Virus record (IMG/VR): IMGVR_UViG_3300049846_001081
Length of the DNA stretch: 64,000 nucleotides
Reading direction: 5' to 3' (one strand)
Origin: a virus
Lineage: Duplodnaviria; Caudoviricetes
The number at the start of each line of letters is the position of its first letter. The stretch's first letter is position 1. The translations under genes and the position numbers were made by a program. Below the pieces are notes generated by a model. That model did not search any database and was not told the origin of the DNA. It was given only the letters and a program-made list of their open reading frames with translations. Below are positions 21,513 through 30,693 of the stretch, piece by piece.

Positions 21513-22070
21513 ATGGCTCATAGACCAGTTGGGGCAGGATCCTCATTTACATTCACTGCTGGAGCTGCATCAACATCTTCGGCATTTTCAGTTAGATCAA
21601 GTGTTTTGAGAGTGGTTTCTGTAGGGGGCGCTTCTCATGTTGCAATTGGAACAAATCCAGCTGCAACAACAACAGATTATTATATTCCTTTAGGAGGAAC
21701 TGCAACTCTTGCTCTCACAAAAGCATCAAATAGAGTTGTTGGTATTACAACTGGAACCACTACCATCGTTACAGTTCCAGAAGGAACTCAAGTTCCATTT
21801 GGAGCAGGTGACTATGTTTCTCTATCAGTAACTGGTCAATCATATTATGATTTCACTCATCAAGAAGTTTTATCAGTGAATACCACTGCCGATTATGATG
21901 GGTATTATTCAACAAAAATGACTGTGAATTACAACTCAAGTGGCATTGTTACAGCATTTTCTGCTACAGAAGCAACGGTTGTTAATTCTCACAAAATCTC
22001 TGCTATCGGAGCAGCTGGAGGTTCAGGAGTTATTCATTTCCAACAAGTTCAAATTTCAGGAGACGCCTAA
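21513..22070 (+). CDS. Hypothetical protein upstream of prohead protease
   Basis: 185-aa Thr/Ser/Gly-rich ORF after an AATAAATA late-promoter-like motif. Confidence 0.65.
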   Translation: MAHRPVGAGSSFTFTAGAASTSSAFSVRSSVLRVVSVGGASHVAIGTNPAATTTDYYIPLGGTATLALTKASNRVVGITTGTTTIVTVPEGTQVPFGAGDYVSLSVTGQSYYDFTHQEVLSVNTTADYDGYYSTKMTVNYNSSGIVTAFSATEATVVNSHKISAIGAAGGSGVIHFQQVQISGDA

Positions 22071-22071
22071 A

Positions 22072-22722
22072 ATGAAACTTATTACTGAAGAGATTGAATC
22101 AGTAGAAGTTCTTACCGAAACGGTGAATGGTAAGAAGACTCTTTATATTCAAGGTCCTTTCCTCCAAACTGAAGTTGTAAACAGAAACGGTAGAATGTAC
22201 CGTATGCCTGTAATGGAAAGGGAGGTTAAGCGTTATACCGAGCAATATGTAAATAAAGGACGTGCTCTTGGAGAACTTGGTCACCCAGATGGACCAACGG
22301 TAAATCTTGATAGAGTATCACATAAAATTATTTCTCTAACTCAAGAAGGAAATAATTTTATTGGCAAGGCACAAATTCTTTCCACCCCAATGGGAAAAAT
22401 TGCCGAGTCTCTTCTCAGAGAAGGAGTAACTCTTGGTGTTTCTTCTCGTGGTATTGGTTCAGTAAAGCCAACAAGAGAAGGATATACGGAAGTTGGTGAA
22501 GATTTTATGCTTGCAACTGCTGCTGATATTGTTGCTGATCCTTCAGCACCCGACGCTTTTGTTCAGGGAATTATGGAAGGTAAAGAGTGGGTATGGGATG
22601 GTGGAATGCTCAGAGAGAAAGTTGCAGAGAATACAAAACAGAGAATAAATACTCTAGTTGATGAGCATATTCTTGAAGAATATAAACTATCATTATTCAA
22701 TGAGTTTTTAAACTCATTGTAA
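22072..22722 (+). CDS. gp21: Prohead protease gp21
   Basis: Start MKLITEE at 22072; GELGHP, GVSSRGIGS, DIVADPSAPDAFV. Confidence 0.95.
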   Translation: MKLITEEIESVEVLTETVNGKKTLYIQGPFLQTEVVNRNGRMYRMPVMEREVKRYTEQYVNKGRALGELGHPDGPTVNLDRVSHKIISLTQEGNNFIGKAQILSTPMGKIAESLLREGVTLGVSSRGIGSVKPTREGYTEVGEDFMLATAADIVADPSAPDAFVQGIMEGKEWVWDGGMLREKVAENTKQRINTLVDEHILEEYKLSLFNEFLNSL

Positions 22723-22776
22723 TTTATTAATTTATAAATAAATATAGATTTACTACAGGAAAATCGGAGAGTTCAA

Positions 22777-23943
22777 ATGTCTCGTGGAGATTTACAAGAA
22801 ATGGAAGTAGGCACTAAGCAATCCAAAACTGCTGTTAATGCAAACGCTAAGGCAGGGGAGGCAATGCCACATCTATCTGGTTCAACACCAGGACAAACTG
22901 GTGGATGGGAAGATTTAGGTGGTCCAGATCCTTCCAACTATCGTACAGATGATGATTCAGCAAAGTTGAAGACCCCAGGCGCAAGTCTTAAGCAAGTTAA
23001 AGATGTTGTGAATAAAGGTGCTAAACCAGCCGAAGCAATGAAGGGTGTTAAGGAAGAAGAAGAACTCGATGACGAAGATCTCATTGAAGAAGAGACTGAT
23101 GAAGATGAAGTAGTTGCTGAGGCTAAGGAAGAGGAAGAGGAAGAAGAAGGCGGTAAGAAAAAGGGTAAGAAAGAAGAAGAAGAGGAAGATGAGGATGAAG
23201 AGGAAGAAATGGAAGAGTCTTTTGATATTGAAGAGGATGTAAATGCTCTTCTATCAGGTGAGGAGCTCTCCGAAGAGTTCCAAGAAAAGGCACGTATTAT
23301 CTTTGAAGCTGCTCTTGTTTCAAGAGTTGCTCAAATCAAAGAAAACCTTGAAGAGCAATATGCGTTAGCACTTGCTGAAGAGGTTGAAGAAATCAAATCT
23401 ACTCTCAGTGAGCGTGTAGATGCATACCTTGAGTATGTTGCTGACGAGTGGATGCAAGAAAATGCACTCGTTATTGAAAATGGTCTTAAGACCGAAATGA
23501 CCGAATCATTCCTTTCTGGAATGAAGGAACTTTTTGAAGCACATTATGTATCAATCCCTGAAGATAAATATGATGTTCTTAACAGCATGGTAGAAAAACT
23601 TGATGACATGGAAACAAAACTCAACGAGCAAATTGAGAAGAATGTTTCCCTAAACAAGCGTCTCGCAGAGTCGGTTGCAGAAGGAATCTTTGAAAAAGTC
23701 TCTGAGGGCTTAGCAGCCACTCAGAAAGACAAGCTCGCTTCACTTGCCGAAAGTGTTGAGTTTGGAAGTGAAGAAGAATATCGTGAAAAACTGGAGATGC
23801 TTAGAGATTCATATTTCTCTAGCACGAAAGCTCCAAAAGCAAAATCCGAAAGTCTATCAGAACAAGTAGACAGTTCACCTGAAACTATTTCCGGTACAAT
23901 GTCTGCTTATCTACAGACTCTTAAGGCAGTTGCTAGAAACTGA
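22777..23943 (+). CDS. gp22: Prohead scaffold gp22
   Basis: Acidic poly-Glu, LSEEFQEKARIIFEAA, YLEYVADEWM; between gp21 and gp23. Confidence 0.92.
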   Translation: MSRGDLQEMEVGTKQSKTAVNANAKAGEAMPHLSGSTPGQTGGWEDLGGPDPSNYRTDDDSAKLKTPGASLKQVKDVVNKGAKPAEAMKGVKEEEELDDEDLIEEETDEDEVVAEAKEEEEEEEGGKKKGKKEEEEEDEDEEEEMEESFDIEEDVNALLSGEELSEEFQEKARIIFEAALVSRVAQIKENLEEQYALALAEEVEEIKSTLSERVDAYLEYVADEWMQENALVIENGLKTEMTESFLSGMKELFEAHYVSIPEDKYDVLNSMVEKLDDMETKLNEQIEKNVSLNKRLAESVAEGIFEKVSEGLAATQKDKLASLAESVEFGSEEEYREKLEMLRDSYFSSTKAPKAKSESLSEQVDSSPETISGTMSAYLQTLKAVARN

Positions 23944-23994
23944 ATTTAACATTAAACAAACCAAAAAACGCACTTTAGTAAAAGGTAAACGCAA

Positions 23995-25428
23995 ATGTTC
24001 CATTCCGAACAATTGCAGGAAAAGTGGGCACCTCTCCTCAACTATGAGGGTCTTGATCAAATCAAAGATTCGCACAGAAGAGCTGTAACCGCTGTCCTGC
24101 TAGAGAACCAAGAAAGATTTTTAAGAGAGCAAGCAGCATTTGACAATGGTTCAATGTCAATGCTCATGGAAGCCCCAACCAATGCAGGTAATGCTGCTGG
24201 TGCTCAGGGTGGTTTCGGTGGCTCTGCTTCAACCCCAACCGCAGGTTTTGACCCCGTTCTGATTTCATTGATCAGACGTTCAATGCCTAATCTGATCGCT
24301 TATGATGTTGCAGGCGTTCAACCAATGAGTGGTCCTACTGGACTCATCTTCGCAATGCGTTCACGCTACACCAGCCAGACTGGAACTGAGACTTTCTACA
24401 ACGAAGTTGATTCAGCATTCTCCGGTACTGACTCAGGATTTAACACCACCCTCAGCAATGACTTTGCTCAGGTAGGTTCTGGTATTGGTACAACTGCACA
24501 GTCAGGAAGCAACCCAGCTGTTCTGAACGCTTCTTCAGTAGCTGCTACCGACTACAACGTCGGTCAGGGTATGCCAACAGGTGACGCAGAAGCACTTGGC
24601 GATGCATCAGGTAACAACTTCAACCAGATGGCATTCTCAATTGAGAAAGTCACTGTTACTGCTAAGTCACGCGCTCTGAAGGCTGAGTACTCACTTGAGC
24701 TTGCTCAGGACCTTAAGGCAATTCACGGTCTGAATGCTGAAGCGGAACTCGCAAATATTCTCTCAACTGAGATTCTTGCTGAGATCAACCGCGAAGTTAT
24801 TCGTACCATCTACATGACTGCTGAAAAGGGTGCTTCACAGAACGTTGCAACCGCTGGTGTATTTGACCTTGATGTTGACTCCAACGGTCGTTGGTCAGTT
24901 GAGAAGTTCAAGGGTCTTCTGTTCCAAATTGAGCGTGATGCAAACGCTATCGCTCAGAGAACTCGTCGCGGAAAGGGCAACATCATCCTGTGCTCTGCTG
25001 ACGTTGCTTCAGCACTGACCATGGCTGGTGTTCTTGACTACACCCCTGCACTCAATGCTAACTTGACTGTTGATGATACTGGCAACACTTTTGCTGGTAC
25101 TCTCATGGGCAAATTCCGTGTTTATATTGACCCATATGCATCTAACCTGACTTCTGCTAACGCAGCACCTACAGGTGGCAACCAGTACTACGTTGTTGGT
25201 TATAAGGGTTCTTCACCTTATGATGCAGGTCTGTTCTATTGCCCATATGTTCCTCTCCAAATGGTACGTGCCGTTGGTGAGAACACCTTCCAGCCTAAGA
25301 TCGGCTTTAAGACCAGATATGGTCTTGTTGCTAACCCATTCGCTGAAGGAACCACTGTTGGCGCAGGTCGCCTCAATGTTAACACCAACCGCTACTATCG
25401 TAGAGTTGCTGTTAAAAATTTAATGTGA
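23995..25428 (+). CDS. gp23: Major capsid protein gp23
   Basis: GVQPMSGPTGLIFAMRSRY, TAKSRALKAEY, FQPKIGFKTRYG. Confidence 0.98.
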   Translation: MFHSEQLQEKWAPLLNYEGLDQIKDSHRRAVTAVLLENQERFLREQAAFDNGSMSMLMEAPTNAGNAAGAQGGFGGSASTPTAGFDPVLISLIRRSMPNLIAYDVAGVQPMSGPTGLIFAMRSRYTSQTGTETFYNEVDSAFSGTDSGFNTTLSNDFAQVGSGIGTTAQSGSNPAVLNASSVAATDYNVGQGMPTGDAEALGDASGNNFNQMAFSIEKVTVTAKSRALKAEYSLELAQDLKAIHGLNAEAELANILSTEILAEINREVIRTIYMTAEKGASQNVATAGVFDLDVDSNGRWSVEKFKGLLFQIERDANAIAQRTRRGKGNIILCSADVASALTMAGVLDYTPALNANLTVDDTGNTFAGTLMGKFRVYIDPYASNLTSANAAPTGGNQYYVVGYKGSSPYDAGLFYCPYVPLQMVRAVGENTFQPKIGFKTRYGLVANPFAEGTTVGAGRLNVNTNRYYRRVAVKNLM

Positions 25429-25451
25429 GTCTTATTCACATTAAATATTCA

Positions 25452-25477
25452 GAGGGTCCAAAAGACCCTCTTTTTTT
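25452..25477 (+). terminator. Rho-independent terminator after gp23
   Basis: GAGGGTC-caaaa-GACCCTC followed by T7. Confidence 0.85.
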
Positions 25478-25509
25478 ATAAATAAAAATGTAAGAATATA
25501 TTGTGAACG

Positions 25510-25848
25510 ATGCCTAGACCAGTTAAAAACACTTCTGGATATTATGGGGATGGAAAAACAAAAAGAAATGCAGAAAATCATCGCCTAAATGTAATGATTC
25601 GTAGAGATAAACACAAACAACAATTAGTAGAATATTTTAATAATAAATGTAATGATTGTGGTCTAAGTTTTCCGATTTGTTGTTATGATTTTCACCACAT
25701 TGATTCTTCAACAAAATCTTTTGAAATTGCTCCAAGACTAGATGGGAATATTAACACTATAATGGAAGAGGTAAAAAAGTGCATAATGGTTTGTTCAAAC
25801 TGTCATAGAATTAGGCATTATAAAGAAAATAGAAGCAAATCAATCTAA
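25510..25848 (+). CDS. Free-standing HNH endonuclease
   Basis: CNDC...DFHH...EVKKCIMVCSNCHRIRH; preceded by TATAAATA 25477-25484. Confidence 0.8.
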   Translation: MPRPVKNTSGYYGDGKTKRNAENHRLNVMIRRDKHKQQLVEYFNNKCNDCGLSFPICCYDFHHIDSSTKSFEIAPRLDGNINTIMEEVKKCIMVCSNCHRIRHYKENRSKSI

Positions 25849-25862
25849 ATACTTAAAAAAAG

Positions 25863-26417
25863 ATGGCAAAAGCATCTCAGATAGAAAATAGAAATTTTCT
25901 ATCACCTACAGGATTTAAATTTACATTAACAAGATTTCCTAAGGTATCTTTCTTCTGCAATGAGGCAAATATACCAGATATGACTTTAGGTATTGCAAAT
26001 CAACCGTCATATCTAAAGGATATTGATATTCCTGGAGATAAAATTATTTTTGGTGATTTGAATTTAAGATTTCTTGTTGATGAAAGTTTAGAAAATTATA
26101 ATACCATTCAAAACTGGATTCGTGGTCTTGGATATCCAGAAAAGTTAAGTCAGTTTGCAGATCTGAATAATTCTGAAGCATATGGTGGAGCAAACTATGT
26201 ACAAAAAGGTCTAAACATTTATTCCGACGCAACACTGCAGGTTTTAACTAGTAGTCAGATTCCAAATTTTCAAGTGCAATTCAAAGACTTATTTCCATAT
26301 TCATTAGCAACACTTACGTTTGATGCAACCCAAACAGACATACAATACTTTACAGCAGACGTAAGTTTCAAGTATACTATCTACAATATAACTGATTTAG
26401 GTGGCAATCCTTTATGA
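25863..26417 (+). CDS. gp3: Tail completion protein gp3
   Basis: NFLSPTGFKF, PGDKIIFGDL..RFLVDE, FKDLFP.SL motifs. Confidence 0.9.
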   Translation: MAKASQIENRNFLSPTGFKFTLTRFPKVSFFCNEANIPDMTLGIANQPSYLKDIDIPGDKIIFGDLNLRFLVDESLENYNTIQNWIRGLGYPEKLSQFADLNNSEAYGGANYVQKGLNIYSDATLQVLTSSQIPNFQVQFKDLFPYSLATLTFDATQTDIQYFTADVSFKYTIYNITDLGGNPL

Positions 26418-26851
26418 CCATTGATCTTGATAAAATTCAAGAAATGTGGGAAAAAGATTCAAAAATAGATCCAGACAATTTACATACAGAATCTTTAAAT
26501 ATCCCAGTTCTTCATGCAAAGTATTTTGAACTATACAATACAATATTTCTTTTGAGAAAAAAAGCAGAGCAACAAAAAAGAAATATTCGTCACGAAAGAT
26601 ATGAATACTATTCTGGAAAATCTGATCCAGAAGTTTATATAGATAATCCATTTCCAAAAAAGATTCGTGACAAGGATACAATGCAGAAGTATCTTGATGC
26701 AGATGAAAAACTTTCTACTGTCTGCTTAAAGATAGATTATTATGACACTATGCTCGTTTATATTGAAAGCATCTTAAAGATGATTCAAAATAGAACTTAT
26801 CAAATTAAAAATGCAATTGAGTTTATGAGATTTAACTCTGGACTGGGGTAA
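26414..26851 (+). CDS. uvsY: Recombination mediator UvsY
   Basis: ESLNIPVLHAKY, YLDAD, NRTYQIKNAIEF. Confidence 0.88.
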   Translation: MTIDLDKIQEMWEKDSKIDPDNLHTESLNIPVLHAKYFELYNTIFLLRKKAEQQKRNIRHERYEYYSGKSDPEVYIDNPFPKKIRDKDTMQKYLDADEKLSTVCLKIDYYDTMLVYIESILKMIQNRTYQIKNAIEFMRFNSGLG

Positions 26852-26865
26852 ATAAATATTCACAG

Positions 26866-28350
26866 ATGAATGGGATCATCGTGAATACAACAGACCTTGT
26901 AATATCCAAATCAAACGAAGTATTTTTAAAGATACAAACAGAACCCCATATTGAATATGAACTAAGGGACCATTTCAAGTTTGAGGTTCCTAATGTGAAG
27001 TTCATGCCTCAATATAGAAATAGAAATTGGAATGGGGAAATTCATCTATATGATATGAGGTCCAAACAGATCTATGTTGGACTGTTGGATAAGATTGTCA
27101 ATTTTTGTGAGCAGTACGGATATTCTTATAAGTTTGAAAATAATAAATTTTATGGACAACCCTTTGAAGTCAATGAAACGATTTCATATGAGGGTGTTAA
27201 AGATTATATGCAATCTATTTGTGCCCATTCTCCGCGCCAGTATCAAGTAGAGGGAGTATATGATGCTTTAAAGCATAATAGAAAACTATTGATAAGCCCC
27301 ACTGCCAGTGGCAAATCGTTGATGATTTATTCTCTCGTAAGATATTATGTGGATAAAGGAGAAAAAATTCTTTTAGTTGTTCCAACGACATCTCTCGTAG
27401 AGCAGATGTACAAGGATTTCCTTGATTATGGTTGGGATGCTGATTCATATTGCCACAGAATTTATTCTGGTAGGGAGAAAACAAATGAATATCCAGTTAC
27501 AATTACAACTTGGCAATCAGTTTATAAACTAGAGCGTTCATTCTTTGAAGATTATGGTTGTATTATAGGTGATGAAGCTCATTTATTCAAGAGCAAATCT
27601 CTAATTGAGATTATGACTAAACTCCATCATGCAAAATATCGTTTTGGATTTACGGGAACTCTTGATGGAACACAAACTCATAAATGGGTTCTAGAAGGAT
27701 TATTTGGTCCATCATATAAAGTTACAAGAACTGATGAGTTGATGAGACAAGGACACTTATCTCAACTTGATATTCAATGTATTGTTCTTAAACATCCACC
27801 ACAAAAGTTTGAAACATATGAAGATGAGATACAATATCTAATCTCTCATGAACAGAGAAATAACTTTATTAAAAACCTTACTCTAGATCTAAAAGGCAAC
27901 ACACTTGTTCTTTTTTCTAGAGTAGAAGCACATGGAGCAATACTCTACGAAAAGATAAATAGTTCAAAGCGAGATGAACGTAAAGTATTCTTTGTTCATG
28001 GTGGCGTAGATGCAGAAGAAAGAGAACTAGTAAGGGAGATAACGGAGAGGGAAAACAACGCAGTTATCGTTGCTTCTTATGGAACTTTTTCTACTGGTAT
28101 CAACATTAAAAACCTCCATAATGTTATCTTTGCCTCTCCAAGTAAATCAAGAATCCGTAATCTTCAAAGTATTGGACGAGTTCTTAGAAAAGGAAAAGAC
28201 AAAGTAAAAGCAACACTTTATGATATTGCTGATGACTGTACTTATAACTCAAGAAAGAATTATACTTTAAATCACCTCATTGAAAGAATTAAAATCTATA
28301 ATGAAGAGAACTTCAACTATGAGATAATTACCATTCAATTAAAAAAATGA
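26866..28350 (+). CDS. uvsW: DNA helicase UvsW
   Basis: SPTASGKS, GDEAH, TGT, QSIGRVLR SF2 motifs. Confidence 0.95.
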   Translation: MNGIIVNTTDLVISKSNEVFLKIQTEPHIEYELRDHFKFEVPNVKFMPQYRNRNWNGEIHLYDMRSKQIYVGLLDKIVNFCEQYGYSYKFENNKFYGQPFEVNETISYEGVKDYMQSICAHSPRQYQVEGVYDALKHNRKLLISPTASGKSLMIYSLVRYYVDKGEKILLVVPTTSLVEQMYKDFLDYGWDADSYCHRIYSGREKTNEYPVTITTWQSVYKLERSFFEDYGCIIGDEAHLFKSKSLIEIMTKLHHAKYRFGFTGTLDGTQTHKWVLEGLFGPSYKVTRTDELMRQGHLSQLDIQCIVLKHPPQKFETYEDEIQYLISHEQRNNFIKNLTLDLKGNTLVLFSRVEAHGAILYEKINSSKRDERKVFFVHGGVDAEERELVREITERENNAVIVASYGTFSTGINIKNLHNVIFASPSKSRIRNLQSIGRVLRKGKDKVKATLYDIADDCTYNSRKNYTLNHLIERIKIYNEENFNYEIITIQLKK

Positions 28351-28739
28351 TAGAAGAAGACTTTTATGCAACAGTTAAATTAAAAACCGGAGAGGAAATC
28401 TTCGCAAAAGTAGCAGCTTCAGAAGAAGAAGATAGAACAATATTGATTATTTCCAGTCCTATCATTGTCTCTGAAATTAAAGGAAGAACAGGTGTTGTTG
28501 GTTATAAAATAGAACCTTGGTTAAAAACAACAACAGAAGATATGTTTATTATCAATCTTGAAGATGTACTAACTCTTTCCGAATCTTCAGATATTGAAAT
28601 GATTATGATGTATCAAAACTATACCAGACAATCTAATAAAAGTAAAAATAATCAATCAAAAATTAATCGTAGGATGGGTTATATTTCAAATGTTAATGAT
28701 GCTAAAGAGATCTTAGAGAAACTCTTTAAAAATAGCTAA
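28347..28739 (+). CDS. Hypothetical protein
   Basis: 130-aa ORF overlapping uvsW stop; ATVKLKTGEEIFAKV start. Confidence 0.7.
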   Translation: MIEEDFYATVKLKTGEEIFAKVAASEEEDRTILIISSPIIVSEIKGRTGVVGYKIEPWLKTTTEDMFIINLEDVLTLSESSDIEMIMMYQNYTRQSNKSKNNQSKINRRMGYISNVNDAKEILEKLFKNS

Positions 28740-28768
28740 AGCTAATCTTTTCAACCCTGACAAAGGTT

Positions 28769-28797
28769 ATTGTACACACTTTTAAGTACCTTGTCAA
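28769..28797 (-). promoter_or_regulatory. Overlapping antisense sigma70-like promoter
   Basis: Minus strand reads TTGACA-N17-TACAAT. Confidence 0.55.
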
Positions 28798-28819
28798 GCA
28801 TTTATTAAAGTGCTATAAT
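28791..28819 (+). promoter_or_regulatory. Sigma70-like promoter for gp55 operon
   Basis: TTGTCA-N17-TATAAT. Confidence 0.75.
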
Positions 28820-28843
28820 TCATACATATTATGAGTTAAACTA

Positions 28844-29380
28844 ATGATAACCACAGCAATTATGACCAAAAGAAAAAGGTCAGAGCATTACGTTAACAAT
28901 AAAGAATTTCTTGCTGCCCTTATCAAATATCGTGAAGACGTTGAAATCACCTTCATTCAAAAGTATGGTAGAGAACCAACGAAAGAAGACAGAGGAAAGT
29001 CTTGGGATACAAAACCACCTATTCCACGCTACATCGGTGAGTGTTTCCTAAAGATTGCAAATCATTTATCTTTCAAACCAAACTTCGTGAACTATATGTT
29101 CAAGGAAGATATGATTTCGGATGGTATTGAAAATTGCGTTCAGTATATTCATAACTTCAATCCTGAGAAGTCACAGAATCCATTTGCCTACTTTACTCAA
29201 ATCATTCACTATGCCTTTGTCCGTAGGATTGGTAAAGAAAAGCGTCAGTTAGAAATCAAGAACAAAATTCTTGAACGTTCTGGGTACTCTGAAGTTTTTG
29301 AAGATAACTCACTTGACGGTAGCAACTATAGCGACTATAATAGCATTAAGGATAACGTACACTCTAAACTCCGCTATTGA
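28844..29380 (+). CDS. gp55: Late sigma factor gp55
   Basis: HYVNNKEFL, FVNYMFKEDMISDGIENC, NPFAYFTQI. Confidence 0.95.
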   Translation: MITTAIMTKRKRSEHYVNNKEFLAALIKYREDVEITFIQKYGREPTKEDRGKSWDTKPPIPRYIGECFLKIANHLSFKPNFVNYMFKEDMISDGIENCVQYIHNFNPEKSQNPFAYFTQIIHYAFVRRIGKEKRQLEIKNKILERSGYSEVFEDNSLDGSNYSDYNSIKDNVHSKLRY

Positions 29381-30421
29381 ATGAAAGTCGCAATTATTAC
29401 CGACCAGCACTTCGGAGCAAGAAAGAATTCTAAACTCTTTCATGATTACTTTCTGAAGTTTTATAATGATGTATTTTTCCCAACTTTAGTGGAACAGGGA
29501 ATTACTACAGTTGTAGATATGGGAGATACCTTTGATAGCCGTAAAGGTATTGATTTTTCTGCACTTTCGTGGGCAAAGAATAATTATTATGACCGTCTTC
29601 AGGAGATGGGAGTAAAAGTTCATACAATTGTCGGTAATCATACTGCATACTATAAGAACACTAACCAAGTAAATGCTGTTGATTTGCTTCTACGTGAGTA
29701 TGACAATGTAACTGTATATTCAGAACCAACTGAAGTGATGTTGGGTAAACTGCCCGTACTCTTTATACCCTGGATAAATCAAGAAAACGAAGAAAATACT
29801 TTAAAACTGATTCAAAAGACATCTTGCAAATGTGCAATGGGACACCTTGAACTTCAAGGTTTTAGGGTGAATAAACAAATCGTCATGGAGCACGGTTTGG
29901 AAAGTAAACTCTTTGGTAAGTTTACCCGCGTTTATTCTGGACATTATCACACTCGATCTGATAATGGAACAGTCTTCTATCTAGGAAATCCATATGAGAT
30001 GTTCTGGAATGATGTAAACGATACTCGCGGATTTCATATCTTTGATACTGAAACGGTAACTCACGAACCTATTAATAATCCTTTCCGTCTATTTTATAAT
30101 ATTTACTATGAGGATACAAATTATCAAACCTTTGATACTCGTGAATATGAAAATAAAATTGTAAAGGTAATTGTTCGTAAGAAGTCAGATACTAAGAAGT
30201 TTGAAAAGTTTATTGATAAGTTATACTCTTCCAATATTGCAGAACTTAAAGTTGTTGAAAATTTTGTTATTCAAGAATCTGAAGAGTTTGAAGCATTTGA
30301 ATCAGAAGATACTTTATCTATTTTGAATAGATATATTGAGGAGGCAGAAATTAGTCTTGATAAATCAATGATTCAAAAAATGATACAAGAGATCTATCAG
30401 GAAGCGTGTGAATTAGTTTAA
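29381..30421 (+). CDS. gp47: Recombination nuclease gp47 (Mre11-like)
   Basis: TDQHFG, GDTFD, GNH, GHYH metallophosphoesterase motifs. Confidence 0.95.
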   Translation: MKVAIITDQHFGARKNSKLFHDYFLKFYNDVFFPTLVEQGITTVVDMGDTFDSRKGIDFSALSWAKNNYYDRLQEMGVKVHTIVGNHTAYYKNTNQVNAVDLLLREYDNVTVYSEPTEVMLGKLPVLFIPWINQENEENTLKLIQKTSCKCAMGHLELQGFRVNKQIVMEHGLESKLFGKFTRVYSGHYHTRSDNGTVFYLGNPYEMFWNDVNDTRGFHIFDTETVTHEPINNPFRLFYNIYYEDTNYQTFDTREYENKIVKVIVRKKSDTKKFEKFIDKLYSSNIAELKVVENFVIQESEEFEAFESEDTLSILNRYIEEAEISLDKSMIQKMIQEIYQEACELV

Positions 30422-30693
30422 TGTTTATCATCACGATTAATGGTAAAGAAAAAGAAGGAGCATATTCCGTAACAGATGATGAAGGAGATCAGATATTGTA
30501 TCTCTTCCAAGAAGAAGATGATGCGGTAAGGTATGCTATGATGTTAGAAGAAGATGGATATCCAGAAATGCACGTCATTGAAATTGAAGACGATGTAATG
30601 CTCAAAACCTGTGAACTTCACGGGTATCAATATGCACTTATTACTCCCGATGATATCGTAATTCCTCCCGATACTGATTATGATTTTATTTAA
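30421..30693 (+). CDS. Small acidic hypothetical protein
   Basis: 90-aa ORF coupled between gp47 and gp46. Confidence 0.7.
   Translation: MFIITINGKEKEGAYSVTDDEGDQILYLFQEEDDAVRYAMMLEEDGYPEMHVIEIEDDVMLKTCELHGYQYALITPDDIVIPPDTDYDFI

Noticed and set aside
21940-22071. Track's N-terminal extension of gp21
   Set aside because: Overlaps the upstream gene; canonical MKLITE start at 22072 fits. Similar trimming applied to the vWA gene, gp44, gp41, hsp20 and the R-M genes.
23050-23220. GAA-rich repetitive tract
   Set aside because: Poly-Glu coding region of scaffold gp22, not a DNA repeat element.
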